Assembly (NCBI RefSeq): GCF_006345805.1
Contig: NC_043007.1
Span: 51,026,001-51,090,000, forward strand
Length of the DNA: 64,000 bases
Reading direction: 5' to 3'
From: Octopus sinensis
Taxonomy: Eukaryota
The translations under genes and the position numbers were made by a program. Below the pieces are notes generated by a model. It was not told the DNA's origin. It saw only the letters and a list, made by a program, of their open reading frames with translations, and did not search any database. This document shows, one piece after another, positions 12,718 through 25,222 of this stretch. How positions within the stretch are numbered: the stretch's first letter is position 1; the number at the start of each line of letters is the position of its first letter.

Positions 12718-12817
12718 NNNNNNNNNNNNNNNNNNNNNNNNNNNNNNNNNNNNNNNNNNNNNNNNNNNNNNNNNNNNNNNNNNNNNNNNNNNNNNNNNNN
12801 NNNNNNNNNNNNNNNNN
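12718..12817. other. Assembly gap (100 N)
   Basis: Run of exactly 100 N, typical of a placeholder join. True distance is unknown. Confidence 1.
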
Positions 12818-13006
12818 TAACTTTGTATTTTATTTGATCAGAAGATAATACTGATTGATGGAAGGAAGAATTTGTATATAATTTTTATTTCTTTTAGTCA
12901 GTGTTGATCTCCCTCAGACACAAGCAAATACTCATAGTATATCAATAATATATAAATATATCAATAAATGAGTATATTTATACACATACGTATCCATCTA
13001 TTTACT

Positions 13007-13059
<53 letters not shown>

Positions 13060-13071
13060 ACACACCACACA

Positions 13072-13320
13072 TATTCTTTTATTGTTTTATTTGTTTCAGT
13101 CATTTGACCATGCTGGAGCACCGCCTTCAAGAGTTTTAGTCGGTCAAATCGATCCCGGGACTTATTTCGTACTTATTCTATCGGTCTCTTTTGTCCAACC
13201 GGTAGATTACGGTGTCCAACCGCTAGATTACTTGTTTACAAGTCAATACCAGTTGTCAAGCGGTAATAGGGGTGGCGGGGACAAACACAGATACAAAAAC
13301 ACACACATAGATATATATAC
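13072..13320 (-). mobile_element. SINE family A, tail only
   Basis: Matches the tail of 27250-27662 (catgctggagcaccgcc...acttattctatcggtctctttt...gttgtcaagc). Confidence 0.75.
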
Positions 13321-14371
13321 TAATTGTTTCATGCCACAAACAAAATTCGGAAGATTTATATAAGGTACCTTGTGTCTTCAAGCAACCCTTCACCAGTCGA
13401 AGTACTTTTCCTGTTGGTCTAACCTATAACAGAAAGGTAAAACTATATATGAATAGAACTCATAACTGCATAACTCATTCGTTTACATATGGACATAATG
13501 AGTCATGCATATATGAGTTTTATTTTGCACCTACAAAATGGAGTGAATAGCAATTAAATACGCAATATATATTTTTTAATTACATTTCATATAGTACAAC
13601 CATGTCATTCATAATTAGTAAATAACACTCAGTAATTAAATTACTGAGGGTAAGATTGTTACATATTTAATTAATGAATATAACACTAAAGATAATTATA
13701 TCGCAATGTAGCTGGTTATTGCTCATTTCAAGTACGTAGTATGCTTATATATTTCCACACGTAAACATGGAATGCGTTCAATCTTGCTTGAGGTGAAAAC
13801 ACGGAATTACGTTCAACTCCGTGTTGAATTCTGAATTCTGTTTCGTCCAGCAATATTCATTCATATGACTATACCGAGATCTTGGACTTATGAGAGTGTG
13901 ATGCAAAAGAAAAAAAAAAAAAAGGAAAAATGAAATGCGAAGCAGACTTCATTAATAACTGTTGAAGTTAGCCATCTATCTGTGGCAAGGAGTAGAAACA
14001 TCCGACGACATCTTCTACTCATTCTACGAGTAATTCAGGCTAAACAAGTAATGATAACATTAAAACTGTGAGTACAATTTACAACCAAAGTAAACGGTGA
14101 CGGTGTGAGGCTAAAATACGTATGATGCAACTTCCTTTCTCAAACATGGCGCTAAATTTTGTTTTTAACCAAGTTACTTCCTTTCACGTTTCCCCCAATT
14201 TCAAAAGCCAGCAAGAACTCTTTCGGTGAATTGGCGTCCCAACCAGTTGGGGTATTTTTGTACATTCATTTGCTTTTAGTCCTCAGACACTAAAGAAGTT
14301 CCGGCCTAACGAACCTAAAACCTTGAGACAGACATTTAACTTTACTTACATGTATAAATATATCTTTGGTC

Positions 14372-14559
14372 TTTTACTTGTTTCGGTCTTTAAACTGCAG
14401 CCATGCTGGGACGCCGCATTGAAGAACTTTTAGTTGAATTAATCGATCCCAGTACTTATATTTTCTTAAGCTGCTACTTATTCTATCAGTTCCGTGGCCG
14501 AACCGCCAGGTTACGGAGACGTAAACACGCCAATACCAGTTGTCAAGCGGCGGTGGGGT

Positions 14560-14590
<31 letters not shown>

Positions 14591-14715
14591 GTAAAATCAC
14601 GGGCTTCTTTCAGTTTCTGCCTACCAAATCTACTCTCAAGCATTTGGTTGGTCCGAGACTATAGCAGAAGATACTTGACCATGGTGCTACGCAGTAGAAC
14701 TGAACCTGAAACCCG
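14372..14715 (-). mobile_element. SINE family A (partial head, internal CA repeat, tail)
   Basis: Colinear with 27250-27662. Confidence 0.8.
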
Positions 14716-14939
14716 TAGATACGTGTGGTTAAAATGAGAGATGAGAATTACTAGTGACCACATATCGACAGACTATGAGCTAAAAAACCGTTTTATTCAT
14801 CTATTGATTATGTCCCTATATTTATTTTTTAATTGCCATGTTTGTCCTTTGTTCATTGGAAGCTATTTTCGCGCTCTGTATTCCTGGAAGGTAACAGTAA
14901 CTGGGGTGTTCTGTATTGGTGGAATACGTTTATGCCTGT

Positions 14940-15085
14940 GGGAGGGCGGAAAATGGAGAATGATGAGGACAATCACTTGCATGTAGGGTGAGAAATGGCA
15001 ACTAGTATGTCGTTGTTAAGGTAAAAAAGGAAAAAAATGTTGGAGACAAAAGAGAACCTTGAAGTACAACATAGTTAAGCCATCC
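14940..15085 (-). pseudogene. LINE RT fragment (domain 4-5 region)
   Basis: Minus strand reads VLQGSLLSPTFF..NNDILVAISHP, resembling QGSVLSP.LF...NDL...YADD. Confidence 0.45.
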
Positions 15086-15256
15086 CATATTGTGCACATA
15101 CACTTATACACACACACACACACACATACATATAGATATAGCTATATAGATAGATAGATAGATATTATATCTGGTGGGAGAGACACCCACCCATACACAC
15201 CCACACATGTAAAATCACGGGCTTCTTTCAGTTTCTGTCTACCGAATCTACTCTCA

Positions 15257-15472
15257 AGGTGTTGGGGCACCGCCTTATAGAATTTTAGTTGAATGAATCG
15301 ACTCCGGTACTTTATATATATATATACTGGTACTTATTCGATCAATATCTTTTGCCGGACTGTTAAGTTGCGGATATGTAAACACACCAACACCGGTTGT
15401 CAAGGGATAGTGGGAGACAAACACACAAATACATACCTACATACATACATACATACATACATACTACATACA

Positions 15473-15508
<36 letters not shown>

Positions 15509-15730
15509 TATACTTACGACACTTTTGCATAATAGCAACGATATATATATATACGCATATACATATGCATACGACGGACCTTCAATTTCCGTCTACCAAA
15601 TCCACTCAGAAGACTTTGGTCGCACGAAGACTATAGTAGAAGACACTTATCCAAGGTGACACGCAGTGAGACTGAACCCGGAACCATGTGGTTAGGAAGC
15701 AAGTTCCTTGCCATACAGTCACACCTACCC
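15257..15730 (-). mobile_element. SINE family A, older full-length copy with internal (TACA)n
   Basis: Head gactgaacccggaaccatgtggtt and tail motifs are colinear with 27250-27662. Confidence 0.75.
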
Positions 15731-17171
15731 CAATATATGCGTTGTATGTATATGTGTGTATGAGTACGAATTTGTGTGTGCACACACGTATGTATGTATA
15801 TGCGTGTGTATACAGAAAGAGAGTTGGGTGTATTTAGATTTGTATGTATTAACGTAAATATGTATATGTAATTAAAAATATTTTCTCATTCGAGTCTGAT
15901 ATGAATGAAATATATCCTAAGTACTGTACAGCTGGAATGAAATATATTGAACAGAATAATATAGAAATATAATTAGGATTTATGCGTTGGAACATAACAA
16001 AACCTATGTACAGTCCAATCCCATTTGTGTACACACAGAAACATACACACACACATATATGTACACATACATTGATATATACTCCACACTATATGGGTGT
16101 GGATATGTACGGTGAGGTGTAATTAAGTAAGAATTTACATGTGCTATGAGTTCATAAAAGCGTCTTAGGTGTTAAATTCTTGATAGCCGTCTAATTACCA
16201 GTTTGATTGATATTCAAAGTTCTTTATTTAAAGCCAAATATAAAGACATTGATAGCAATTTAACACAGCTATAATTGCCGTTTCATTTCTGTGTCAATTA
16301 GCATCAGATACAGTCAGTTTCATGATATTAATCTACTGACTAGAGCAGTGTTGGAACTGAAATTGGAGGAGTTCAAAGTGTATCGTATGCCCGCAAGGTT
16401 GGTATAGTCTGATGTTTCCTGTCAGTAAAGAATATACATCCCGTTGTATTGTGTTCAATTCCTGCCCGGAATGACTTTGCCTTTCTTTCCTCTGAGGTCG
16501 ACAAATTTAGCATTGACGTCGATGTAATAAACAAAAATGCTCCCCCTCTTTTCTCTCTGTCTGTCTCTCCCTCTCTCCATATATATATTTATACACACAC
16601 ATGTGCATACATGTGTATATGAGTATATATATTATTTTATGTGTGTGTATGTGTGTGTATGTGTGTGCATGTTTGTCTGTGTGTATGTGTGTGGTGTGTG
16701 TGTGTGTGTTCCATACATAACCGGTAGCAACATAACATTACTACAAATATTGCCATCAACGCTACTATTACTATTGCTGCTACTACACCTACTATCACCA
16801 CATCAAATCCATCTCCATCTCCCTGACATCCGATCCCTCCGGGTGTGAAATAAAATGTAAATATGAGAATTCACACTTAAAAATTGGATAGCTACCCTTT
16901 CACATTTTAGGGAAGAAATTTCCTCTTTAGAATTTCTTCAGCACTATTTTAAAATAGATACTTTCTTCAGAAATTCAGAACCAGAGTTCCAATCAAACCT
17001 TTACAAAATTCTGAACATTCCCCAAAACTCTAGGAATCGCATTACATCAATTATTTGGCAATCACTTAATAAAGAAATAAATAAATTTCACTGCCTCTTA
17101 CATCGTTTTTACCGAATAAACCAAAATTCTTCCAGCGTCCACGTAATATTATACCATGGAATTTGCCTGGG

Positions 17172-17303
17172 TTCTTCTTCTTCTTCTTCTTCTTCTTCTT
17201 CTTCTTCTTCTTCTTCTTCTTCTTCTTCTTCTTCTTCTTCTTCTTCTTCTTCTTCTTCTTCTTCTTCTTCTTCTTCTTCTTCTTCTTCTTCTTCTTCTTC
17301 TTC
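17172..17303 (+). repeat. (TTC)n microsatellite
   Basis: About 44 perfect units. Confidence 0.97.
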
Positions 17304-17522
17304 TTTTTCTTCCTCCTCTGCTTGTCCTCCTTTCGCTTCTTCCTTTCAAACACTACCTAACAATTCTATACATTACAATTATTTGTATCCAGATGTCTTC
17401 GCCTTACCTAAATATTCGTATATGTCGGTGATCCACTATTCACTTATTTTGGAGTTTCCCTCCACAACACGGTTATAAATATGTGCGTGTTTGTGAGAGA
17501 GTGAGTGTATATGTATGGATGC

Positions 17523-17603
<81 letters not shown>

Positions 17604-17689
17604 GCACACAATATGTAGTCTATAGAGTGTACAACAATACATAGTATTTATTAAGCATAGCAATATGTAATATATATGTATAATATATA

Positions 17690-18010
17690 TCATACGTTAC
17701 TAATATTGTCCTTTGGTTTGACCCGATGTAATGCTCTCCACACCCAGAGCATGTAATTGTATGCATTAGATTTTCAGATAATCAGATGAAATTATAAGTT
17801 CATTCCCAATTGTTTTCCCTATCTAAAACGGGCTTACAATCCTTCGGTCTTATTAAAACATATACCACGGTTGGATCATTCACATTTTTTTTTACTGTTG
17901 GTCTTATTGAGCGGTGTTTGAGCATTCTTAGTATTTTTTTATTATTTTCATTGATTTTGGTTGTCTTTTGCTCTTTATGAGGGTAAATATTTGGAGGATT
18001 TCGTTTAACC
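17690..18010 (-). pseudogene. Penelope-like element linker and GIY-YIG endonuclease fragment
   Basis: Minus strand reads NLMHTITCSGCGEHYIGSN (17700-17775), matching the PLE NLIY.I.C..C...YIG motif, preceded by RPKDC and RNPPNIY. Confidence 0.6.
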
Positions 18011-18195
18011 TTTTTAGATATACTATTAAGCACAGGTGTAGTATGGAGCTTTCTTCCCAACCACATGGTTCCGAGTTTAGTCTCAATGCGCGATACCTTG
18101 GGCAAATGTCTTCTATTACATCTTCAGGTCAACCAAAGCCTTGTGAGTGGATTTGGTAGACGGGACTGAAAGAAGCCCGTTGTATATATATACAT

Positions 18196-18245
<50 letters not shown>

Positions 18246-18304
18246 CACACACACACACACACACACAAACATATATATAATATATATATTATATATATAT
18301 ATAT

Positions 18305-18783
18305 AAATGGATGAATGAATTATCCTTTGTTTACCGTTAACATGGAAAATTCAATAAACAGTTACCAGGGTAACTACTAACGGTTTTTTAAAATACTTAA
18401 TAACGTTCTGTTTATCATTTAGGCAGTCATCGTAATTGTTATAATGTCTTGTTGTTGAGATAGGCTCTCTTTCTTTCCTGGTGAGAAGATTGCATTTTAC
18501 ACCGTTTATTCCTTTGGAATAAAACCAATATTGTCTTCGAAACATATGTCGAAAGTAAAAGAATTTTAATAACATCTGAGTTCAACTCCATTTATTTACT
18601 TATACATACATATATATGTATGTTGAGCCTATCTCAACAACAAGACATTATAACAATTACGATGACTGCCTAAATGATAAACAGAACGTTATTAAGTATT
18701 TTAAAAAACCGTTAGTAGTTACCCTGGTAACTGTTTATTGAATTTTCCATGTTAACGGTAAACAAAGGATAATTCATTCATCC

Positions 18784-18787
<4 letters not shown>
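18305..18787. repeat. Perfect 163-bp inverted repeat with 157-bp loop, inside (TA)n
   Basis: 18305-18467 is the exact reverse complement of 18625-18787 (checked base by base). Confidence 0.95.
18473..18555 (+). ncRNA. Type I hammerhead ribozyme candidate
   Basis: Stem I ctttc/gaaag; core CUGGUGA (A6 to G); stem II gaagat/gtcttc with G10.1-C11.1; GAAA; stem III AC-AUAU-GU; GUC triplet with predicted cleavage after 18550. Confidence 0.75.
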
Positions 18788-18820
<33 letters not shown>

Positions 18821-19475
18821 TGTGTATCTTTGTATCTGTTTGTTTCCCACCACTACTTGGTTACCGGTGTTGTGTTTACGTTTCCGTAACTTGTCGGTAG
18901 GCAAAAGAGACCGATAGGATAAATGCCAGGCTTAAAAAAAGAAATTAAGTGCTGCGGTTGATACATTCAACTAGAAGTTCTTGAAAGCGGTGCCCCAGTA
19001 TGGCTGCAGTCTAATGACTGAAACAAGTAAAAGATAAACGATCAATCCCTTCCTTAAGCACTTCAAAAGTTTCAAAAGCGATGACTTAGATGTGCTATAC
19101 GGGCGTCCTAAAACAGTCAAAGGAAAAACTCTAATAGTATCTCGTGTGTATGTATATTTATGTGTGCGCATGCGTGTGTGTGGGTATGTGTGTCTGCATA
19201 TATAAATATAGTGGCCAAAACGTCTGTCAGATGGGTTATTTTTGTTTGTATACTTATGAATATTGCTAGAAACTACTAAAATAAAATCACGACCTATATC
19301 ATACACATGTATAGTGAATATGCACACATATATCCATGCATTCCTATATATACACACACACATACAGGCATGTGCGTATGTATGTATGTATGTATGTATG
19401 TATGTATGTATGTATGTATGTATGTATGTATGTATGTATGTATGTATGTATAACACCTATCACACCTTCATATAT

Positions 19476-19655
19476 ATTTTCCTCTGTCTTCCCTTCTCTG
19501 GATCTTTCCTTCTCCTATGTTTCCGACGAAGAGCTCCGCTCGAAACGTTAAACCCTCCTTCTTTCCTTCTTTCCTGAGCGTCCAATAATACTATATTTGT
19601 TCCACGTCCTCGCGTTGTTGTGTTTTTTTTGTGCTTTCTTGTTTGGATTAACTTT
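19476..19655 (+). mobile_element. Small non-coding repeat family F1 carrying a minimal hammerhead-like motif
   Basis: Second copy is inverted at 22921-23150. The 3' end runs into (TA)n. Confidence 0.7.
19519..19553 (+). ncRNA. Minimal type I hammerhead-like motif (F1)
   Basis: gttt-CCGACGA-A-GAGC-ucc-GCUC-GAAA-C-GUU-aaac. U4 to C in this copy. Confidence 0.55.
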
Positions 19656-19870
19656 ATATATTTATATATATATATATATATATATATAGGTATGTATACA
19701 CGCACTCACTCAAGATAAGGGATACTGCTGCTTACGACAACCACAGTTTTGCCCTGGACGCGATATACGATGAACAACATTTAGCTTAGTGACGACAGTA
19801 TATTTACACACACACATACACACACACATAAACATTACTCAATCCTACATAGATCTATATATAAATACAC

Positions 19871-19916
<46 letters not shown>

Positions 19917-20554
19917 TGTGCATAAAAATATACATATACACATGCAGACGTATTCAAACACGAGTAGAGACACATACGTGTGCCAGGTGCAAGTCTTGTA
20001 TGTGCTAAGGATAAGTATGAGTTTGAGATAAGGTCCTGCCAACATTACAGAAAACATCGTTAGAGAAAACAAACCTATACACTACTGCACACGAACATAT
20101 GCACACACACAAACACATAAGTATATATAAAATATCTCATGCTAAAATCTCTTTAACGCAGCAATATAGACGCCTAGTCATATGTATAATGAAATATATA
20201 TACACAAACATTAAGTACCAAAACCCGACATGCGTTAACGTTTCTGATAACTCTGTGGAGAGAGCTATTCGTCGTATCAGGCCGTCATCAGAAACAACTC
20301 TCAATCTGATTGCGGATAGAATAAAATTTAAAAACAGAAAAAAGAAAGTTTGATGCTAAATTTTAAAACTGGAATTCTTTCTATAATACTGTTATACATT
20401 CCTATCTGATTGTAACTAATGCAGACTTTCTGGTTCATTTTTTCCGAATAATACGAAATTTTCTTTTAAGTACAGAGTGAGTCAGAGAGTAGCCCTAATG
20501 AATTAATCATGATCGATGGCGTCCCTCCTTCTACCTTGCTAAAACATGCACCCA

Positions 20555-21710
20555 TTAAGTTGGACAAAATAATGGAAATACCTTTAAAATTCAGACAAAT
20601 TAATTCTAATATGGGGTAGGACTGCCTTCTTGTAGTGATGATGGTGAAGGATATCGACTCCTTACTTGTTTTCTAAAATGCACCATAAATATATTGAGAT
20701 CTGGGGAGTGTGGCGGCCAGATAAGATGTTCAACTTCACTAGAATGTTCCTCGTGCCATTCAGTAACAACTTTAGCTGTGTGAATTGATCCATTATCATC
20801 CTGAAAGATTGTATTTTCCTCCGGAAACAGTTCCGCAACCATAGGATAAATTTGATCAAATAAAATGCTTAAATAGTCTTGACTATTAATTCTGCCATGA
20901 AAGGAAACCATTGGGCCGGCGGATTTCCAAGATATAGCCCCCCCCCCACCCAGCCCATCACAGATACTCCTTCATGTTTAACAGTTGGAAGAAGGCAGTA
21001 TGGGTCAAATGCTTCTGTTGGCTGTCTCCACACGTATACTCGGCCGGTAGTCGGAAATAAAGTAAAGGTTAACTCGTCCGAGAAAATAACATTCTTCCAC
21101 TGCTCTAGGTAGGATTTTACTCAACTCTAAACTCTTTTCAACGCTTGTTTTTGAAAGTAGTGGTTTTCTGATTGCAGCCCTCCTGTGAAATTCCAGCTTT
21201 GTGCAGCTCTCGGCGAAGAGTTTTTGTGGAAACTGGGTTCTCAAGGTGGTCATTAAGCTCTGCAATAATTTTGGGAGCTGTACTTTTGTGATCCTTTCTA
21301 ACAATTCGCGTAAGAGTCCGACGGCCTTTTTCTGAAAGTTTTGGTTTTCTTCTGGAGTTTTGCTTCGACGCGGAAATATTTCCCTCTTTCTTAATGGCTG
21401 TCATTACTTTCAAGACAGAACTTATTGATACACCAAACATTTCGGCTATTTTTGTTAGACTAGCGCCTGCCATACAGTTACCAGCTATTTGACTTCTTTG
21501 AAAGTTCGACAGATCTGTCATTTTTATGAATTTTAATTACTTTTTTCTGATGATATCTGAAAAGAAACAGCAATGTTTGCAAAACATATTAAGCAACACT
21601 AATATTAAATCAAAAAACATAAAAATAAACAAGCTTTTGATGGTTTTATAGATATCTCAAAAATATGATGCTGTGATGCTAGGTGTTTCCATTATTTTGT
21701 CCAACTCCTG
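20555..21710 (-). mobile_element. Tc1-like transposon, frameshifted transposase
   Basis: HTH (MTDLSNFQRSQI...), KPLLS, IFSDE, QDDNGSIH and WPPHSPDLN motifs. TIR core gttggacaaaataatggaaa at both ends, TA at 21711. Confidence 0.9.
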
Positions 21711-22236
21711 TACGTATGCATTTCAGTATGACCAGCTTCTTTTTCATCGTGCTTCAAGTTGTTCCTACGCTCCTAATATTTTCCAAGTAAGACCAAGAAA
21801 CCGTTCATGTTGGCAACGAAATTGAAAACAGCATCAGCCTGCCTCAGGAAATTCACGCGCACGCGCGTGTACGCACCTGCTCACATGAACACACACACAC
21901 CTATAATATAAATGAGGCTCACTACAGCTGTTTCAGACATCTATTTCATTGATGAACAAATCAATTACATCATTAAAGAAAAAACCGTTTTCTTCAGGTG
22001 AATTGAATATAAAAATAAAATATAACACACAAGATTCGATTCACATTGATTTACTCATCTCAGTGTGTATGTATGTATATACACATACACACGCTTAATT
22101 AGAAAATTTCACTATATGTTATTTCTAAGTCCATGTGATGTGAAAGGCAAAGTTAACTTCTTTGGGATTCGAACTGTATTGAATCATCATTCGCTCTGCC
22201 ACAACACCCCTCCTCTCCTCTTTAGCATCATCATCG

Positions 22237-22283
<47 letters not shown>

Positions 22284-22393
22284 TTTGACAACAGCAATCT
22301 GTACATTATGTTTTCTGTTATATCATACCTCATTTCACTTATTTTGATAGAGTGATTGATAGCTGCTGCTGCTGATGATGATGGTGATGATGG

Positions 22394-22448
<55 letters not shown>

Positions 22449-22920
22449 AGTGATGATGGACACCTTCAGATATTTCTAGATTTAATTATTGGTAGTTTAA
22501 TTCCCAGGTTCTTAACAAAATGTAATGGATTGGATGGTGTAAATCTTTACTTGTTGTGTATATGCCGTATCTATGTGCGCCTGTGTGTGACACAATACTG
22601 TATTCGTCTATGTCTGTATTGTCTAACAATATATTTAGTATGTTTGTCCGAATGTCCATCGATCAGATAAAAAGATGGCCACCGGAGATAATGAGAGACC
22701 AACGGGTAGACACAATTTGACATGTTTTGTCAGAAAGAATATTCTTAGAAACTGATTAGAGTACCATAAACATAATGTCCTGTTTTCTAGGTCCAAAAAG
22801 GAAAAAAAACCCAACCTACCTATCTACATTCTTACACACAAACACACACACGTATATACACACACACACACACACACACGCACACACACACACACACATA
22901 TATATATATGTATGTATGTA

Positions 22921-23150
22921 TATATATATAAAGTTAATCCAAACATGAAAACACAAAGAGAAAACACAACAACGCGAGGACGTGGAACAAGTATAGTATT
23001 ATTGGACGCTCAGGAAGGAAGGAAAGAAGGAGGGTTTAACGTTTCGAGCGGAGCACTTCGCCAGAAACATAGGAAAAGGAAAGATCCAAAGAAGGGAAGA
23101 CGGAGGGAGGGAAAAATCGCCAACGGTACATACGCGGTAACATTTTGAAT
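22921..23150 (-). mobile_element. Repeat family F1, second copy
   Basis: Reverse complement of 19476-19655 with a longer 5' part. Confidence 0.7.
23034..23068 (-). ncRNA. Minimal type I hammerhead-like motif (F1)
   Basis: gttt-CUGGCGA-A-GUGC-ucc-GCUC-GAAA-C-GUU-aaac. The two F1 copies imply the consensus CUGACGA. Confidence 0.5.
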
Positions 23151-23689
23151 GAAAGGTTGATATATTAGTAATATATCAACCTTTCTTTCTACGGATATGT
23201 ATGCCTGACTAGTTACCTACCTATCACCTATCTATGCAACTGAGATAAAATATTTTAATAACATTTTCTGGCTATGGGTTACGGTTTAATCATTGATTCA
23301 CTCCTGATATAGTTCTAGTCTGTTAATATCTACCGTACCAGTATATTCATTGTTTTTATTATTGTTGTTGTTGTTGTTGTTCTTGTTGTTTAAATCGAAG
23401 TGTAGAAATGTCTGTTTGCTTATACAGATTGACGACTTTTCACAATCAAAATATCAGGTACATACAAAGCAAAATATTGTGGTAGCAACCAAGACGAAGG
23501 ATAAAACACAAAAACACATAACATGCAAAGGAAGAAAAAATTATGAATATCTTGATAAAAAAAATAATACAAGAAAAATATTTCAAATAGTCTAAGGAAT
23601 AATTTTAACAATTAATGACCCGAAGGTCACTCGTCCTTACCCGAACTGTGCCCACTAGAGGGTGCCAAGACAAAGAAAGTGAGGCTAAC

Positions 23690-24200
23690 AATACAGAGCA
23701 AAATACCTTGTTGCTATACATGACTTACTAAGAACCGCTTGAAGATCTTTTGCCTTAAGAAAAAGGAAAAAGAAGGTATAAAATTGAAAAAGGAAAGCAT
23801 CGGAGATCAGCAAGGCAGCAACAAGAGCACCAAATTCCAGTTTCCGGAACACCGTTATTTAGCTCAGGAAAAGGTGGAAGTGATTACACTGTAGCAAGAA
23901 ACAAGCGAGCATGCACCCTTTTTTGTGGGAAGAGCAACATATAGTACCAATCCATCGTCGGACGCCGAGGAACAGGAAAAAGAAGCCTTCAGAAGACACT
24001 ATCAAATGTATCGAAAGAAATACAAAAGGAAAAATAGAGGAAGTAGCAAAAAGGAAAAGAAAAAAATCAACAGCAATGAACGAGGAGGGACAACTTCATC
24101 AATAGTAAACTATACGTCAATAGTAAACGGAAAGCTAGTAGACAAAATCAGGTATCTGCAGATATTCCGGAAATGACGGAGGCACATTTGAAATTGGAAT
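23690..24200 (+). mobile_element. Possible decayed LINE ORF1-like remnant
   Basis: Purine-rich, Lys/Glu-rich broken frames with composition like the ORF1 regions at 5.5 and 28 kb. No diagnostic motif. Confidence 0.3.
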
Positions 24201-24974
24201 ATAGAAGACAAGCGAACGACAGGTTGTTAGTAAAGATAAAAGAAATGTACTATAATGAACTGAAATAATCTTGAAGACGTGGGTATTAATCTACTTCAAA
24301 CGGTGACAAAAAATATAATAGGTGCAAGAGGATACAGTATCAGCCGGTAGGTACTATCTGACGTGCTCTAACCCGCCCTGGCCAGTAGTTTTCTACCATT
24401 GTATGTACACGAGTTTCCAGATTATTTTTCAGTGTTTATTTTGTTCAAGTATTGTGTTCTATCGTACATTTATGTATTCTGTGTTTCATAAAATTTTGAT
24501 TCATATGAAAACACACACACACACACACACACACATACATATATGGTGGTGGTGGTGGGGTTCAGATTAAGGTACCTTACAAGCAATTTTTTAAGAATAG
24601 GGAATTAGTCAATATCATTGATCCATGTATTTGAATGGTACTTTATTGACTCCGAAAGTATGAAAAGCAAAGGTGCATACGGCGTGAGATGAGCTGAAAA
24701 CGCTAAGAACCAAAATAAAATCCAATGACCTAATACCTTCTCGTAAGTGACCAACTCCAACCAAACAAATTTTAATTTAAATGATGGCGTTTGGAGTCAT
24801 AATTTCTCTTCAAAACGAATCTAATTTTTGAACAAACTGTACCAGATATTCCGATTTGACAATACTTTTGAAAATCATGCAACTGTGATAGGATTTTAAA
24901 TAAATGTTAAGAAATCATTTTAAAAACGCCGAGCACATTTTCAAAATGTCTTGCTTTAACACACACACACACAG

Positions 24975-25143
24975 ATCTTTTATCTTTTATTTGATATTAG
25001 CCTGTAACCATACTGGGTACCACCTTGAGGAATTTTAGTCGAACGAATCGACCCCAGGACTTACGGAAACGTAAACCATCAACACGAGTTGTCAAATAAT
25101 GGAGTAGGGGAGGGGACACAGACTCAAAGACACACAAACAGAG

Positions 25144-25192
<49 letters not shown>

Positions 25193-25222
25193 ACTGTATT
25201 CTTTCAGTTTCCGTCTACCAAA
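24975..25222 (-). mobile_element. Old SINE family A copy, head interrupted after ctaccaaatcc
   Basis: Degenerate tail, (TA)n, then ttctttcagtttccgtctaccaaatcc. Confidence 0.6.

Larger units (their letters stand above)
18025..19040 (+). mobile_element. SINE family A split by a fold-back insertion in its internal microsatellite
   Basis: Head at 18025-18183 (ccacatggttccgagttt...ctgaaagaagcccgtt) and tail at 18830-19040 (...atgactgaaacaagtaaaagat). Confidence 0.75.

Noticed and set aside
17066-17431. Poly-K/R/L/F ORFs
   Set aside because: All are frames of the (TTC)n tract.
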